Shown here: piece by piece, positions 45,272 through 54,931 of the stretch
Layout: each line of letters begins with the position of its first letter
Position numbering within the stretch: the stretch's first letter is position 1
IMG/VR virus record: IMGVR_UViG_3300029985_000047
Coordinates: 1 to 60,621 of that record
DNA from: a virus
Lineage: Duplodnaviria; Caudoviricetes
Reading direction: 5' to 3' (one strand)
Length of the DNA: 60,621 bases
Translations under genes and position numbers: made by a program
The notes under the pieces: model-generated
Seen by the model: only the letters and a program-made list of their open reading frames with translations
The model's database searches: none
What the model was told of the DNA's origin: nothing

Positions 45272-46131
45272 TAATACACCCCGGGAGCAGAACTGAGCGC
45301 ATTAGTTATGGAGCTGGTGACAAGCGTATTGGAGCTAGAGTAATTGCCTGCGCCTTGCACTTGACTCTGCTTTACAGGCACTACACCGCCATAGTTATTG
45401 ATATTGAACTGCTGTGTGGTGGCGGCTGGCACAGGTATGGGAGTGACTGAGCCTAGCGGCGTATTATCTGTGTCCTGCGTGCGGGCACTGACCACTGGCT
45501 GAGACTGCGAAATAGTAGCTGTGCGAATCTGACCAAACGACAGCCGCATGCGCACACCACCATAAGAGCGATAGTCTTCCGGGGCCTGCACATTGGTCAC
45601 CATCATGTTGTAGTAAGTGCGTAGCCGAGTAGAAATTATTAGTGGCACGCGAGCCGCCTGCAAAGCTATCATCTGCTGATAGGCAGAAACGCTCTTGCTT
45701 GGGCTGCCAGTCCATGGCGTGGCTTTGGTTGCGGTAGAAGCGCCGACAGTGGTGGTGTTCGTAGATGTATTGGCATACTGGTCTACAGAATCACTCATCA
45801 GGATAGACATTGAAAGCGTGGCAGGCATCAGGTATGCATGACTGGAAATGTCCGCACCAGTCTGCACTGGATGCTCTGTCATGCGTAGCTGCTGATCATG
45901 GTCTAGCTCCATCACAGCATCAAATACGTACACCACAGGAACTGAGGCCGTAGTATTAGAGGCGACATGAATGGTAGCTTCGTCGCCGGACACTACAGAA
46001 CCCAGCGTGGCTGTGCTGTTCAAACTGGCAGGCGAATTGTTGGCTGCAGGAACATAGTTGGCAGGCACCGTGATGGTGATAGGCGTAGTGTTCAGACCCC
46101 ACTGCGGAGGTCTGTATATGGCAGTGCCCAT
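45271..46131 (-). CDS. Baseplate/tail-tube initiator (Dit-like)
   Basis: FDAV..LDH....TEHPVQTGA.IS.HAY..P. Confidence 0.8.
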   Translation of the reverse strand: MGTAIYRPPQWGLNTTPITITVPANYVPAANNSPASLNSTATLGSVVSGDEATIHVASNTTASVPVVYVFDAVMELDHDQQLRMTEHPVQTGADISSHAYLMPATLSMSILMSDSVDQYANTSTNTTTVGASTATKATPWTGSPSKSVSAYQQMIALQAARVPLIISTRLRTYYNMMVTNVQAPEDYRSYGGVRMRLSFGQIRTATISQSQPVVSARTQDTDNTPLGSVTPIPVPAATTQQFNINNYGGVVPVKQSQVQGAGNYSSSNTLVTSSITNALSSAPGVY

Positions 46132-47678
46132 TATGCGCTCCAGCCTAGGTTCTGCGCCTGCGCTATGTTACGTTGAACTGCCTTGGCCTGTGCCTGGCGC
46201 ACGGTGTCGACTACTACACGACCTACGTCCTCATTAACAGCGTTAGGCTTGGCTACGTGAATGGTGATGCTGCCTACAGTAACGTCACCTGTACCACCGG
46301 CACGTCCAAGTACACTGGAGATGTAGTTCTGAGTCTCTGCTGGAAGCGTGGCTTTGCCTGCCAGGAACTTGTCCATGCGACCCGGACCGGCATTGTATGC
46401 ACCCACAGCGTCGGCCACATTGTTCCCGTAGTGGGCTAATAGCTGATTGAAGTATCGTTCGCCACCTTGCATATTTTCGGTGGGATTGTAAGGATTTACG
46501 CCCAGCCCCGCAGCCGTGTTGGGCATCAACTGCATAAGACCGATAGCGCCCTTAGGTGACACTGCGCTCTGATTGCCACCGCTTTCCTGCATCATTATAG
46601 CGTGCAGCAGACTATCAAGGCTGCTAACTCCTGCCGCGCTACCAGCGGTCCCGTTGCCATGCCCTGCGCGCCAGAAGTCCCAGGCACCGCCCGTAACTGC
46701 GCCTGCACCTGCGCCTATAGCACTACCGGCAGCTCCACCGCTAACGATGCCAGCTAGTATGCCGGCGGGTCCTAGTGGCAGTCCCGCGATTCCGCCTATG
46801 ATGGAGCCTACTACACCACCCACGCCGCCGCCTGCCAGCAAGCCGGTAAACGTGCCGGTAAACTTCAGCATGTTTTCAACCAACACAGCGAACCAGTGGG
46901 CCACCATTTGTACGGCTGTAGCAAACTTCTCCATGTTGAATGTGCTGCCCTCTATGGCCTTGTCACCTGAAAGCATGCCGACAACATTAGTGAACATGGT
47001 GCCAAAGTCCGCCAGCACTGCGCCCGCAGCTTTACCTACTTCAGTGATGTCTTTCCAAATGGGAAGGAACCACTTAGCGATGCTGTGCGCAATGTCAGGC
47101 ATCTTTTCAATGACCCACTTGTTGAACTCTTTCAGCTTGGTCAGCAGTGTGTCCGGTCCGAGACCGAGTCCTTTCATAAACTCCGTGACGACGTTCATCC
47201 CGAGGTACTCAAGTTCCACGTGCATACGCGTGAACTCGAACCTGACGTCACGAATCTTGCGCATCTGCTCATCGTAGTCTTTGCCTGGAGCCATAGCCTT
47301 TTGATCAAGCAGAAGCTGATGTGCACGCCCCCGTAGTTCTGGGTCCCAGGCCATATCTTCCATACTGACGCCGAGAGCATCAGTAGCTACTTTGAGCCCC
47401 CGTGCAGCATCCTTCGACATATACATGTGGAGCGCAAATAATCGAAATGACTGATCTGCCATTGCGGTCTTGTCAATAAGCCCGATAGCTGCGCCACCAA
47501 TTGCCACGAACCCTGCGACTATTTCTGACTGAGCCTTGAGAAAAGATCCAGCCATTCGCATGGACTGGGTCTCCGCAACAAAGGCTGCCTCACGCAGAGC
47601 ATTATGGAATCGTGCCAGACCAGCCTGGTCTACCACTGTCCCAAGTTTTATTAAGTATTCATCAATCACGTTGGGCAT
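46131..47678 (-). CDS. Tape measure protein with C-terminal lytic transglycosylase (SLT)
   Basis: Helical N-terminus; QESGG...SPKGAIGLMQLMP, AYNAGPG and ETQNY. Confidence 0.9.
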   Translation of the reverse strand: MPNVIDEYLIKLGTVVDQAGLARFHNALREAAFVAETQSMRMAGSFLKAQSEIVAGFVAIGGAAIGLIDKTAMADQSFRLFALHMYMSKDAARGLKVATDALGVSMEDMAWDPELRGRAHQLLLDQKAMAPGKDYDEQMRKIRDVRFEFTRMHVELEYLGMNVVTEFMKGLGLGPDTLLTKLKEFNKWVIEKMPDIAHSIAKWFLPIWKDITEVGKAAGAVLADFGTMFTNVVGMLSGDKAIEGSTFNMEKFATAVQMVAHWFAVLVENMLKFTGTFTGLLAGGGVGGVVGSIIGGIAGLPLGPAGILAGIVSGGAAGSAIGAGAGAVTGGAWDFWRAGHGNGTAGSAAGVSSLDSLLHAIMMQESGGNQSAVSPKGAIGLMQLMPNTAAGLGVNPYNPTENMQGGERYFNQLLAHYGNNVADAVGAYNAGPGRMDKFLAGKATLPAETQNYISSVLGRAGGTGDVTVGSITIHVAKPNAVNEDVGRVVVDTVRQAQAKAVQRNIAQAQNLGWSA

Positions 47679-47901
47679 TGTGGACCTCTCGGCTTCGGCG
47701 CTCGTTTTCTTCTTTAACGTCCAGGAACTCTAGCACATCGGCAAGGTCGCCCACGTCGTAAGTGCCGTCCGTTAATTCATGCTGACGCCACAGCCCAGCA
47801 GCTACCGGCCGCCACGCAATGGGGTTTATGGTAGGAAAGGCTACAGGCTCAAATCCTAGCCTGCCGTTGGAGTGGCCGCCAACGGGCGATCGGAGAAAAA
47901 A
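47662..47901 (-). CDS. -1 frameshift extension of the tail chaperone (gpGT-like)
   Basis: T TTT TTC at 47901-47895; the -1 frame reads WRPV..G...ELTDGTY...ENE to TGA 47662. Confidence 0.8.
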   Translation of the reverse strand, partial: FFLRSPVGGHSNGRLGFEPVAFPTINPIAWRPVAAGLWRQHELTDGTYDVGDLADVLEFLDVKEENERRSREVHNAQRD

Positions 47902-48314
47902 CTGGACAAGCTGAACACCAGTGATTCCGTGGTGATGTTGTTGACCAACGAAATATCGTCAGCAATCTCCGGAATGGCCCAACGCCCAAAGTCATTCATG
48001 ATGGGTATGGTGATATCTGTGCCTGTAGGTGACGCTTCAATGCGTGATGTGGCCTGCATACACTGGCGCTGCGCAAACTTCAAGTCCTCGTAACTGAGGC
48101 CGCGCATAAAGGCCAATGTGCACAGCATCCGCGCCTTGTCCTGCTCCGTGGGCTTGGGCGCATTTTCGTCCGCGTCAGGCGTGGCCTGCGCATCTGCTGA
48201 AGCTGTCAACAGCACGCCCATCATCTTCATGTAGATGTAGCTGCCTACATCAGGCAGCAGCTTACGTAGCTGGTACCGTTGCCCGTTTATTTCTACCACT
48301 GTTGTTTTTGCCAT
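47856..48314 (-). CDS. Tail assembly chaperone (gpG-like)
   Basis: Between tube and tape measure; ends SSFF at the slippery site. Confidence 0.85.
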   Translation of the reverse strand: MAKTTVVEINGQRYQLRKLLPDVGSYIYMKMMGVLLTASADAQATPDADENAPKPTEQDKARMLCTLAFMRGLSYEDLKFAQRQCMQATSRIEASPTGTDITIPIMNDFGRWAIPEIADDISLVNNITTESLVFSLSSFFSDRPLAATPTAG

Positions 48315-48331
48315 TGTTCTGTGTCCTTCAG

Positions 48332-48796
48332 CTACAAGTTAACGATGTTGGCTGCCATAAGATTCCAAGTGACATTGGAGCCTGTAGCATGATACGGCTT
48401 GTCAGGTACTTTCTCGAAACTGACGCCGTCGCACAGATGTGTGGAACCGTCAAGTAACGTGCGAAAGCTGATGCTGGTGCTCGCCCAGCCACTGACATCA
48501 TCACCATCAGCAGCTAGTGTGGCCAAGTTGTACAGGTCCAATAGCGCGTGATGGAGCGAAGACGTCTGCTGCACTTCAATAGCGATGGCGCCGTTATTGC
48601 CTGGGATATAGTTGGGCATGACGGTACCATCTGAGGCTACTTGGTGAGCCGTGCGACTGGTAGTCATGGAGATGGTAATCTGGCCCAGGCCTACGTTCCC
48701 ACCCGTTAGCGGAAATGCCACAGCGAACGCACTGTTAGTCAGCGCGCCCACCAAGTCTTTGAATGAATACGTTACGCCAACATTGCCGACGGCCAT
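48332..48796 (-). CDS. Tail tube protein (DUF3277-like)
   Basis: TYSFKD, SDG.V, QQTS..H and K.PD motifs; follows the sheath. Confidence 0.85.
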   Translation of the reverse strand: MAVGNVGVTYSFKDLVGALTNSAFAVAFPLTGGNVGLGQITISMTTSRTAHQVASDGTVMPNYIPGNNGAIAIEVQQTSSLHHALLDLYNLATLAADGDDVSGWASTSISFRTLLDGSTHLCDGVSFEKVPDKPYHATGSNVTWNLMAANIVNL

Positions 48797-48808
48797 TGGT
48801 TCCTCCTG

Positions 48809-50206
48809 TTAAAGCTGCACATAGACGCCGATAAGCAGACTGACAACTGCTCCCGCCGTGGTAATGGCCGAAATAATCGGCATAGCCTGCCCGGCGGCAC
48901 GTGCGCCAGAGGACTGCTGTGAGTACGGCTGCGACTGGTTCAAGTAACCGAGCGGAATGGCTTGTCCCGAGGTAAGCGAGATACCTGGCACATTAACAGC
49001 GGGCCCAGCCCAGTTAGCACCCGACAAGAAACCGATGCCTGCAAAAGTAGCTCCAACGGCATTAGCCGCCTGGATAAACAAGTGCTGGCCACCGTTAGTC
49101 TGTGGCACGGCGGGCAAGCTAGCTAGTACATTCAGCTCTGCAATCTGCAACTGTGCGACATACATAGCCAAGTAAAGCCACAAGAATGATGGAACACCGC
49201 TGCTCATGAAGCCCGGCTCAAATAGTTGGTATGGGTTGTAGTTGCCGTAGAAGTTGAAGTTAGCTGCCTTAATATTGGTAGCCTGTGTCTCTGTTAGTGG
49301 CTCTGCAGCTATGCCAACTAAGTCTTTATGCGCTACAGTGAAGAAGCTACCAGGTAGGCCAGTATTAAGCCCCATCTCCATACCCATCAATGCCGCGGCG
49401 GCATAGACATTGTTAGGGTACAGACCACTTTGCGTGGTAGAGTAGACCCCAAGCACACGGTACTGCAGTGTCCGCAACTGAAGCGCAATGTTGGCCGCCG
49501 TGCCGTTGGGAATGCCGACAGACGAGGACCATGCATAGTAGCGTGTAGTCTGCCAGTTAGGGTCGGCCCATGCAGCCAGCGCCAAGTTGTCGGCATCAGC
49601 CGGGTTGTTGACTGCGAGCCCATACCACAGTGAACTCGCAGCACGACATGCCTGTGAGGCCTGCAGCAAAGTCTCGCCTACAGCTGTAATGTCTACTGTG
49701 AGGCCTGTACCACTGCCGCCTGTGGTAGCCAGCGCCGTGGCCACAGTGTACGCAGTACCCTGTGTGCCTGCCACAACGCCCAGTGTGAGCACTGCGCCCG
49801 TACCAACGTTGATGGTAAGCACCGTAAGGAAACCATTGGATGCACCGCCTTGCGTGACGCCTACTATATCACCAACCTTGTAATTAGTGCCTGCTGAGCC
49901 TGCGTGTGGAATGGCTGTGGCAATAGCTGTCAGGTCTTGACAACCGATCCAGATGTAGCCAGGTGCTGGTGTCTGTGCGAGGTAGATGTTGGCGGCGATA
50001 TACTCCGGCTGAACGGCCGTGAATCCGTCAGAAAGCATGGCCGCTGTAGTGGCGTACTTGCGCAACCGGGAATTAGCCCCGTAAGAAGGAATGACGGCGC
50101 TAGGGCCGACGAACAGTCCTTGGTTGAAAGAATTGGCCGTTGCGGCCGTCGGAGCTACTGTAACAGAAATGTTTACTATGTCCGACAAAGGAAGTGGAAT
50201 ACTCAT
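48809..50206 (-). CDS. Tail sheath protein (DUF3383-like)
   Basis: LSDIVNISV, PEY.AA..Y.AQ.P.P, K.L.GI..E.LT and AGAV. Confidence 0.9.
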   Translation of the reverse strand: MSIPLPLSDIVNISVTVAPTAATANSFNQGLFVGPSAVIPSYGANSRLRKYATTAAMLSDGFTAVQPEYIAANIYLAQTPAPGYIWIGCQDLTAIATAIPHAGSAGTNYKVGDIVGVTQGGASNGFLTVLTINVGTGAVLTLGVVAGTQGTAYTVATALATTGGSGTGLTVDITAVGETLLQASQACRAASSLWYGLAVNNPADADNLALAAWADPNWQTTRYYAWSSSVGIPNGTAANIALQLRTLQYRVLGVYSTTQSGLYPNNVYAAAALMGMEMGLNTGLPGSFFTVAHKDLVGIAAEPLTETQATNIKAANFNFYGNYNPYQLFEPGFMSSGVPSFLWLYLAMYVAQLQIAELNVLASLPAVPQTNGGQHLFIQAANAVGATFAGIGFLSGANWAGPAVNVPGISLTSGQAIPLGYLNQSQPYSQQSSGARAAGQAMPIISAITTAGAVVSLLIGVYVQL

Positions 50207-50216
50207 TTTCTAGCTC

Positions 50217-50813
50217 CTAGCCTACGGTGATATCGGCCACTTGGCCTTCGTTGGTATCCACCTTGATCTCCACGCTAGTGGCAATGCCGGGTGAAATAGT
50301 TTCTGTGACGGCTTCATACATGTTGCAGTAGAAGTCAGCTCGCTCCCACCACTGGGCGTTGAGCAGCTCAGGCACGCGCCTCGGAAGTGGCATGTTAGGC
50401 AATGGGAACAGGCTGCTTTCTGACAGGCTATCTGTGAAGGCGTCCATGAACAGCGCACTGTGAATAGCCCGTGCACGGTCGAATGAGTTGGGGCCGTATA
50501 GCGTCCAGCTAACTCGCCACGCCCGTGTGTACGTCCATGATTGAGTCAGTACACCGCCAGTCTGTGAAAGATACTGGTCACGAATCAGGGTGTATGGATC
50601 GTCTGTCAGTAGGCATCCCAGATAACACACATCTGCATTGACGTCCTCGAATGGCTGCCCTGCCGTGGCCCAGTCGATGCGTACTTGGCTATAGTCAGGC
50701 GCGGGCATTCCTAGCACACTGCATGTGAGCGGCTGTAATGCTGCATTTATAGCGGCTATAGTAAGTGCTGTGCTAGTGAGCACTTGTCCATTTGGGTAGG
50801 CAATAGTTGTCAT
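50217..50813 (-). CDS. Tail terminator/neck protein
   Basis: YGPNS.D.A and R.PEL.N.QWWERAD. Confidence 0.8.
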   Translation of the reverse strand: MTTIAYPNGQVLTSTALTIAAINAALQPLTCSVLGMPAPDYSQVRIDWATAGQPFEDVNADVCYLGCLLTDDPYTLIRDQYLSQTGGVLTQSWTYTRAWRVSWTLYGPNSFDRARAIHSALFMDAFTDSLSESSLFPLPNMPLPRRVPELLNAQWWERADFYCNMYEAVTETISPGIATSVEIKVDTNEGQVADITVG

Positions 50814-51400
50814 GAGGCACTCATCCTAGTTCCTAGTGCTTTCCAGTAGCCACTGCCGGGGTAGTGCCTGACTGACAGCACTCTGTACTGTTCTCCTACG
50901 TACACAAGTATGTCGCTCGCATCTGTTCCGCTGGCAGAGTTGACAGTCTGCACAGCATAGAGATTGCCACCTACTTTAGTGGACCAGCCGAGCAAACTGA
51001 TGGTGCTTCCTATGAGAGCGTAGTCTATTCCTGGAGTAAGCATCAGTCCGTTGTAGAATAGAGCTACGCCACTAGGATTTACAGGCCCTGTAAGTGTGTA
51101 CGTGTTGCCTGGGTGCGCGCCCTGCGGCACTTGGCCCTTTGCACTTGGTGTCTTCGCTTTAGCTTGCGTAGTGTTTATCGGAATGGTAGACCAAAAAGCC
51201 ATGATACCTGCTATACGGTCTGCTTCAGGCATCATGTTTACTTCTTTATCACTGGCGCGCTGCACGGGACCGACAGTATTAATGGGCGTAACTGATGATT
51301 GAAATCCGCCCAGCACAAACTGCCCTGCAGACCGCAGGATGATGAATGGCTGCGGCGCGGCTAGTTCGGCGTCTGCGACTATGTCAGCTACGCTTATCAT
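50810..51400 (-). CDS. Head-closure protein with inserted beta domain
   Basis: PEADR...[insert]...SDIL.Y.G..YRV...GYWKA. Confidence 0.75.
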   Translation of the reverse strand: MISVADIVADAELAAPQPFIILRSAGQFVLGGFQSSVTPINTVGPVQRASDKEVNMMPEADRIAGIMAFWSTIPINTTQAKAKTPSAKGQVPQGAHPGNTYTLTGPVNPSGVALFYNGLMLTPGIDYALIGSTISLLGWSTKVGGNLYAVQTVNSASGTDASDILVYVGEQYRVLSVRHYPGSGYWKALGTRMSAS

Positions 51401-51401
51401 G

Positions 51402-51833
51402 TCAGTTTCCTATCGCGATCCAACTGAATGTAGAGCCACTACCATTACAGCCCACATTGAAGCCGCCCGCGTCAAATCCGGACATATACCCAACACGATC
51501 GTTATTTCCATTTATAGTTCCCACTACCGTGAAGCAATTGCTCGGGAATGATGCGGGAAAACTCACACGCATACCTGTACCGCTACCACTAGTAGCTGTG
51601 ATGGTAGACGACACACCCCACTTTATGACAAGTCCGCCCGGCAAGGGCAGTGAGCCCGACCCAGACTGCGTCCCCGCTAGAGCGGCCGTAACCCAGGCAG
51701 TAGTCGCTGCATTCTGGCTGTTGTCCCCGGCACCGGGCGTAATGAACTGTGCAGTGCTGGGAGAGGAGCTGCCTATGGGCGAGCTGTCAATTGTAGAACT
51801 GACCACCTGCAAGCTGTTTACTTTTGTTGACAC
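51402..51833 (-). CDS. Small neck fibre-like protein (gp53-like C-terminal domain)
   Basis: TP..GDNS..AATTAWV; LPGGLVIKWG...FP..F...WIAIGN. Confidence 0.75.
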   Translation of the reverse strand: MSTKVNSLQVVSSTIDSSPIGSSSPSTAQFITPGAGDNSQNAATTAWVTAALAGTQSGSGSLPLPGGLVIKWGVSSTITATSGSGTGMRVSFPASFPSNCFTVVGTINGNNDRVGYMSGFDAGGFNVGCNGSGSTFSWIAIGN

Positions 51834-52388
51834 TTAGTCCTCCCGTACAAGTCCGATGATGGAGGCGCGCAAAGCGCCGGTGTCGATTAATGGCCGATCA
51901 CTGCCCTTAGCTGCGATGGTAGCAGGCTTATTCGACTCCCAGCCATTGCGGTCGTCCGTAAACCACCCGCGTGCTGCGTTTTGGCCGGCTAGCGCCGCCC
52001 TCATCATCTTTGCTTCAGCGCCTGGCTTATCGCCAGCTAAGTTTGCCTTGACGGAAGCAGCTAGCTCTCTGGCAATGATGTGCTTATTAGGCTCGGCCTC
52101 CGTTGCAGGCTCAAGTACCGGGCGTGCAGGAATATGCTTTAATGGTGAGCCTTTGGTGTGGATATATAGCAGCTCGGCATTGCTTACATCAGACTCCGCG
52201 ATGCTTGTCAGCCTAGCTCGCTTCTTTTTGCTCTTTGTCTTGCCGGCCATTTCAAGCAGTTGAGATGATCGCTCCGTTGCATCAGATGGAATCCCTACAT
52301 ATGCTGCAAGCTTGCCGAGTCCAGCCAACCTCTTAGCGAGCGCAGCTACGCCAGACTTACGTCCTAGTGTAATCTCGGGACGGGTCAT
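51834..52388 (-). CDS. Neck/tail-completion protein
   Basis: VGIP, IPARP.L and TIAAKGSDRPLIDTG.LR.SI. Confidence 0.85.
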   Translation of the reverse strand: MTRPEITLGRKSGVAALAKRLAGLGKLAAYVGIPSDATERSSQLLEMAGKTKSKKKRARLTSIAESDVSNAELLYIHTKGSPLKHIPARPVLEPATEAEPNKHIIARELAASVKANLAGDKPGAEAKMMRAALAGQNAARGWFTDDRNGWESNKPATIAAKGSDRPLIDTGALRASIIGLVRED

Positions 52389-53335
52389 ATAGCACCGCTT
52401 AGCTGCGCAGACTTTTCTTTACGAATAGCCCAGGCTTTCTTAGCCGCTTCGCTGCATCTAGCACGTGCAGCTGGATTTTCGTACGCTTTCCGTACACCAT
52501 TTGATATACTAGTACGGCATGCTTCAGTTCTATGGGCCTCTAGCATGCGTAGTTTTACTTCCGGGTCTGCTAGGCGCTTTTTCTGTGCCGCCGATATCTG
52601 GGCCTTTTGGGCCTGAGTTCTTGTCGCGCCCTTTGGTCCCAGTATCTTACCTAGAGCTTTATACTGGGCCCAAGTATTTTTTGCAGTACGTGAACTGAGC
52701 TCGGCTGCTACAGGATTCTCTGCAAAATACTTCGAAACAGCTACAGAAGTCTTAATGTGTTCTTCTTTGTGCTGATATCGCTGCATAGTAGCTCGCGAAG
52801 TTTTAGCACGCTCTTCCACACTAGCGTATCTTTTATAGGCACTTTTTGACGCTTTTTCGCGCGCATCTGCGGTAGTATGAGTTTCTAAGTGAGCCTGCCT
52901 ATTTGCGGGATCGCTGAACCATAGGCGTTTATTAGCCGAGTTTCTTGCGCGAGCTTCTGGAGAGCCTAGCAGTAGCTTCAAAAGTTTCCTTGTCTGCTCT
53001 GACACTCCAGTACCTTGTCGCCCACCAGTTGTAAGGTTATAGCCGCCACCTTTAGGGCCGTCTACAAATGATCTAAACTTCTTGATATAAAAAATTTCTT
53101 TGCTATTAAGAAGCTTAACTGGTCCACTCCAAAGTACCTCTGCTGTAAAACCACTTACTCCATACTTGTTAATTGCGCGATGAATATACAGCTTAGAAGA
53201 TTTTTCAGAGTCGTATATATGGCTGCTCCATCTGGTCTCTACAGTTAGAAAGTTTTTATGCTGCCCAATGTACCACTTATCAGTAGCCAGACAATGCAGC
53301 CCGTAAATGCAGCCGTGCTGAGCCTCGATTGCCAC
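52385..53335 (-). CDS. GIY-YIG homing endonuclease, free-standing
   Basis: CIYG...WYIGQ, RW..H, AI.KYG, GYNLTTGG and basic helical repeats; AAAGGAGG before GTG 53335. Confidence 0.9.
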   Translation of the reverse strand: MAIEAQHGCIYGLHCLATDKWYIGQHKNFLTVETRWSSHIYDSEKSSKLYIHRAINKYGVSGFTAEVLWSGPVKLLNSKEIFYIKKFRSFVDGPKGGGYNLTTGGRQGTGVSEQTRKLLKLLLGSPEARARNSANKRLWFSDPANRQAHLETHTTADAREKASKSAYKRYASVEERAKTSRATMQRYQHKEEHIKTSVAVSKYFAENPVAAELSSRTAKNTWAQYKALGKILGPKGATRTQAQKAQISAAQKKRLADPEVKLRMLEAHRTEACRTSISNGVRKAYENPAARARCSEAAKKAWAIRKEKSAQLSGAI

Positions 53336-53345
53336 CGGACCTCCT

Positions 53346-54311
53346 TTACCAAATAAGTGCCGGACCACTCCCAATCACTTTTGCCATGCTAGCCAGCTGA
53401 ACACCGTACACCGTCAAATTCCACTGGCCCCAAGCTTCAAGCGAGGTAAGCTGAGCATAGCTGACGCTTACGTCGCCTACGCTCTTGCTTACCTCGATGC
53501 CCGTGGCAATTCCTTGTGCCGCCACTTGTGCTGCACCGTAGACGACAGGTGTACTAGATGTGACTGGTGTGGGCCACACTGCATATAAATGGTCAGTCGT
53601 CTTAGTGGCTAGACTCAACGTGACGGTGATACCAGACAGACTGTAGTCTACTCCAGGCGTCTGGAACACACCATTGCGTGTCAAGGACTGCAGCTGCCCA
53701 CCTGGTGGAACTGCACTAATGGTATACACTGTACCTGGCTGGACACCTACTGGAATTTCGCCGTGGATACCCGTCTGCGTGTTGCTTAGCACCTCTGCTA
53801 CGTCACTCTTGACGTAGAGTGTGAGGTAGTGCGCAATGAACCACGACATGGCGAGATACCACGCGTCCTGCCAGCGAGCTTGAACTAGTGAAGCTTGCGC
53901 CAAGTTTAGGTAAAGCTGGATTACCATGATAGGCACTATGGGCGCCTCATACACTTGCAGCGTAACAGTCCCAGAAGCTGTAGCAGGCTTGTTCACTGTA
54001 ATGGAGCTAACACCTAGCACTGTAATTACCGTACCAGGTTGGAGTCCTACGCCTTGTATGAACTGCCCGTAGCCCAGGCCTGCTAGAGAAGCCAACGCGA
54101 CTTGATTAGAGCCGGCAACCGTTGTAGCATTTCCTACGAGAGTAGCCGCTCCAAAGAACTTCGGATTCACAGCTAGAAAATCATCAAGGTAATACGGTGG
54201 GTTGGTGCCGAACACAAAGCCGACATTACCTACGCCCGGCTGCGCACACCAGAACTCCGCTCCGGAGCCCCACGCAGTTTGCAGCCATCCGTTGAAATTA
54301 GGTGTACTCAC
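53346..54311 (-). CDS. Head-tail adaptor (DUF4054-like) with two inserted beta domains
   Basis: FIAHYLTL, SKSVGDVSVSY and W.LT.YG. Confidence 0.85.
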   Translation of the reverse strand: MSTPNFNGWLQTAWGSGAEFWCAQPGVGNVGFVFGTNPPYYLDDFLAVNPKFFGAATLVGNATTVAGSNQVALASLAGLGYGQFIQGVGLQPGTVITVLGVSSITVNKPATASGTVTLQVYEAPIVPIMVIQLYLNLAQASLVQARWQDAWYLAMSWFIAHYLTLYVKSDVAEVLSNTQTGIHGEIPVGVQPGTVYTISAVPPGGQLQSLTRNGVFQTPGVDYSLSGITVTLSLATKTTDHLYAVWPTPVTSSTPVVYGAAQVAAQGIATGIEVSKSVGDVSVSYAQLTSLEAWGQWNLTVYGVQLASMAKVIGSGPALIW

Positions 54312-54329
54312 CGTATTACCTCGCTTTGC

Positions 54330-54746
54330 TTAACGCCGGGTGTTGATCAAGCCCTTGGCGGCCTTAGGCGCTTTTGCTGCAGCCTTAGGCGCGGCAAACT
54401 CCAGCTCGTCGTCCTCATTGATCTCCTCAGCACCCGCGCTGGGAGGCACTACTGGAGCAGGGCCCATCTCCTCGTCGCCTTCATCAAGCTCAATGGCCTC
54501 AGATGCCGTACTGATCTTGTCAAGTGGCGGAATGACGACAGGAGCTTCAACTGGTATAGCTGCTGTAGGTGGCGTCAAGTCCACAATGCTGCCGTCAGCA
54601 ACACCCAACTTATAGCCAATAGTCTTACGTACCCAGTTGGGAGCAGGCACTGGGACATTGCCGGCCGGGGCCTGGAACCTGAGCTCACGATCGCCGTGGT
54701 TGGCGAGAAAGATTTTTGAACGCTTGAAAAACAATTGCAATGCCAT
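54330..54746 (-). CDS. Hypothetical protein with acidic/Pro tail
   Basis: AAGGAGAGG RBS; follows the major capsid gene. Confidence 0.75.
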   Translation of the reverse strand: MALQLFFKRSKIFLANHGDRELRFQAPAGNVPVPAPNWVRKTIGYKLGVADGSIVDLTPPTAAIPVEAPVVIPPLDKISTASEAIELDEGDEEMGPAPVVPPSAGAEEINEDDELEFAAPKAAAKAPKAAKGLINTRR

Positions 54747-54774
54747 GTAGTTATCCTCTCCTTGCGGAAGATTG

Positions 54775-54900
54775 GTTGAAGTGCTGCACGGATGTCAAGT
54801 TGTCACCCGAAGGCGGCAAGGAGCACCCGAGTGCCGTTTGGCACCCGTGCAACCCGGTTAAAGGCATCCATCGCGGCAATGGGACGACCGTGGCGGAGTT
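54775..54900 (-). ncRNA. Candidate structured RNA element
   Basis: 12-bp closing stem with G-U pairs enclosing two hairpins, one with cUUCGg; additional upstream hairpin. Confidence 0.5.
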
Positions 54901-54931
54901 TGCGGCCTTAAAGACGAGTAATTGGGCATGG

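Noticed and set aside
54775-54900. Hammerhead ribozyme or tRNA in the post-capsid gap
   Set aside because: No CUGAnGA/GAAA core and no T-loop or CCA were found; kept only as an unclassified structured RNA.
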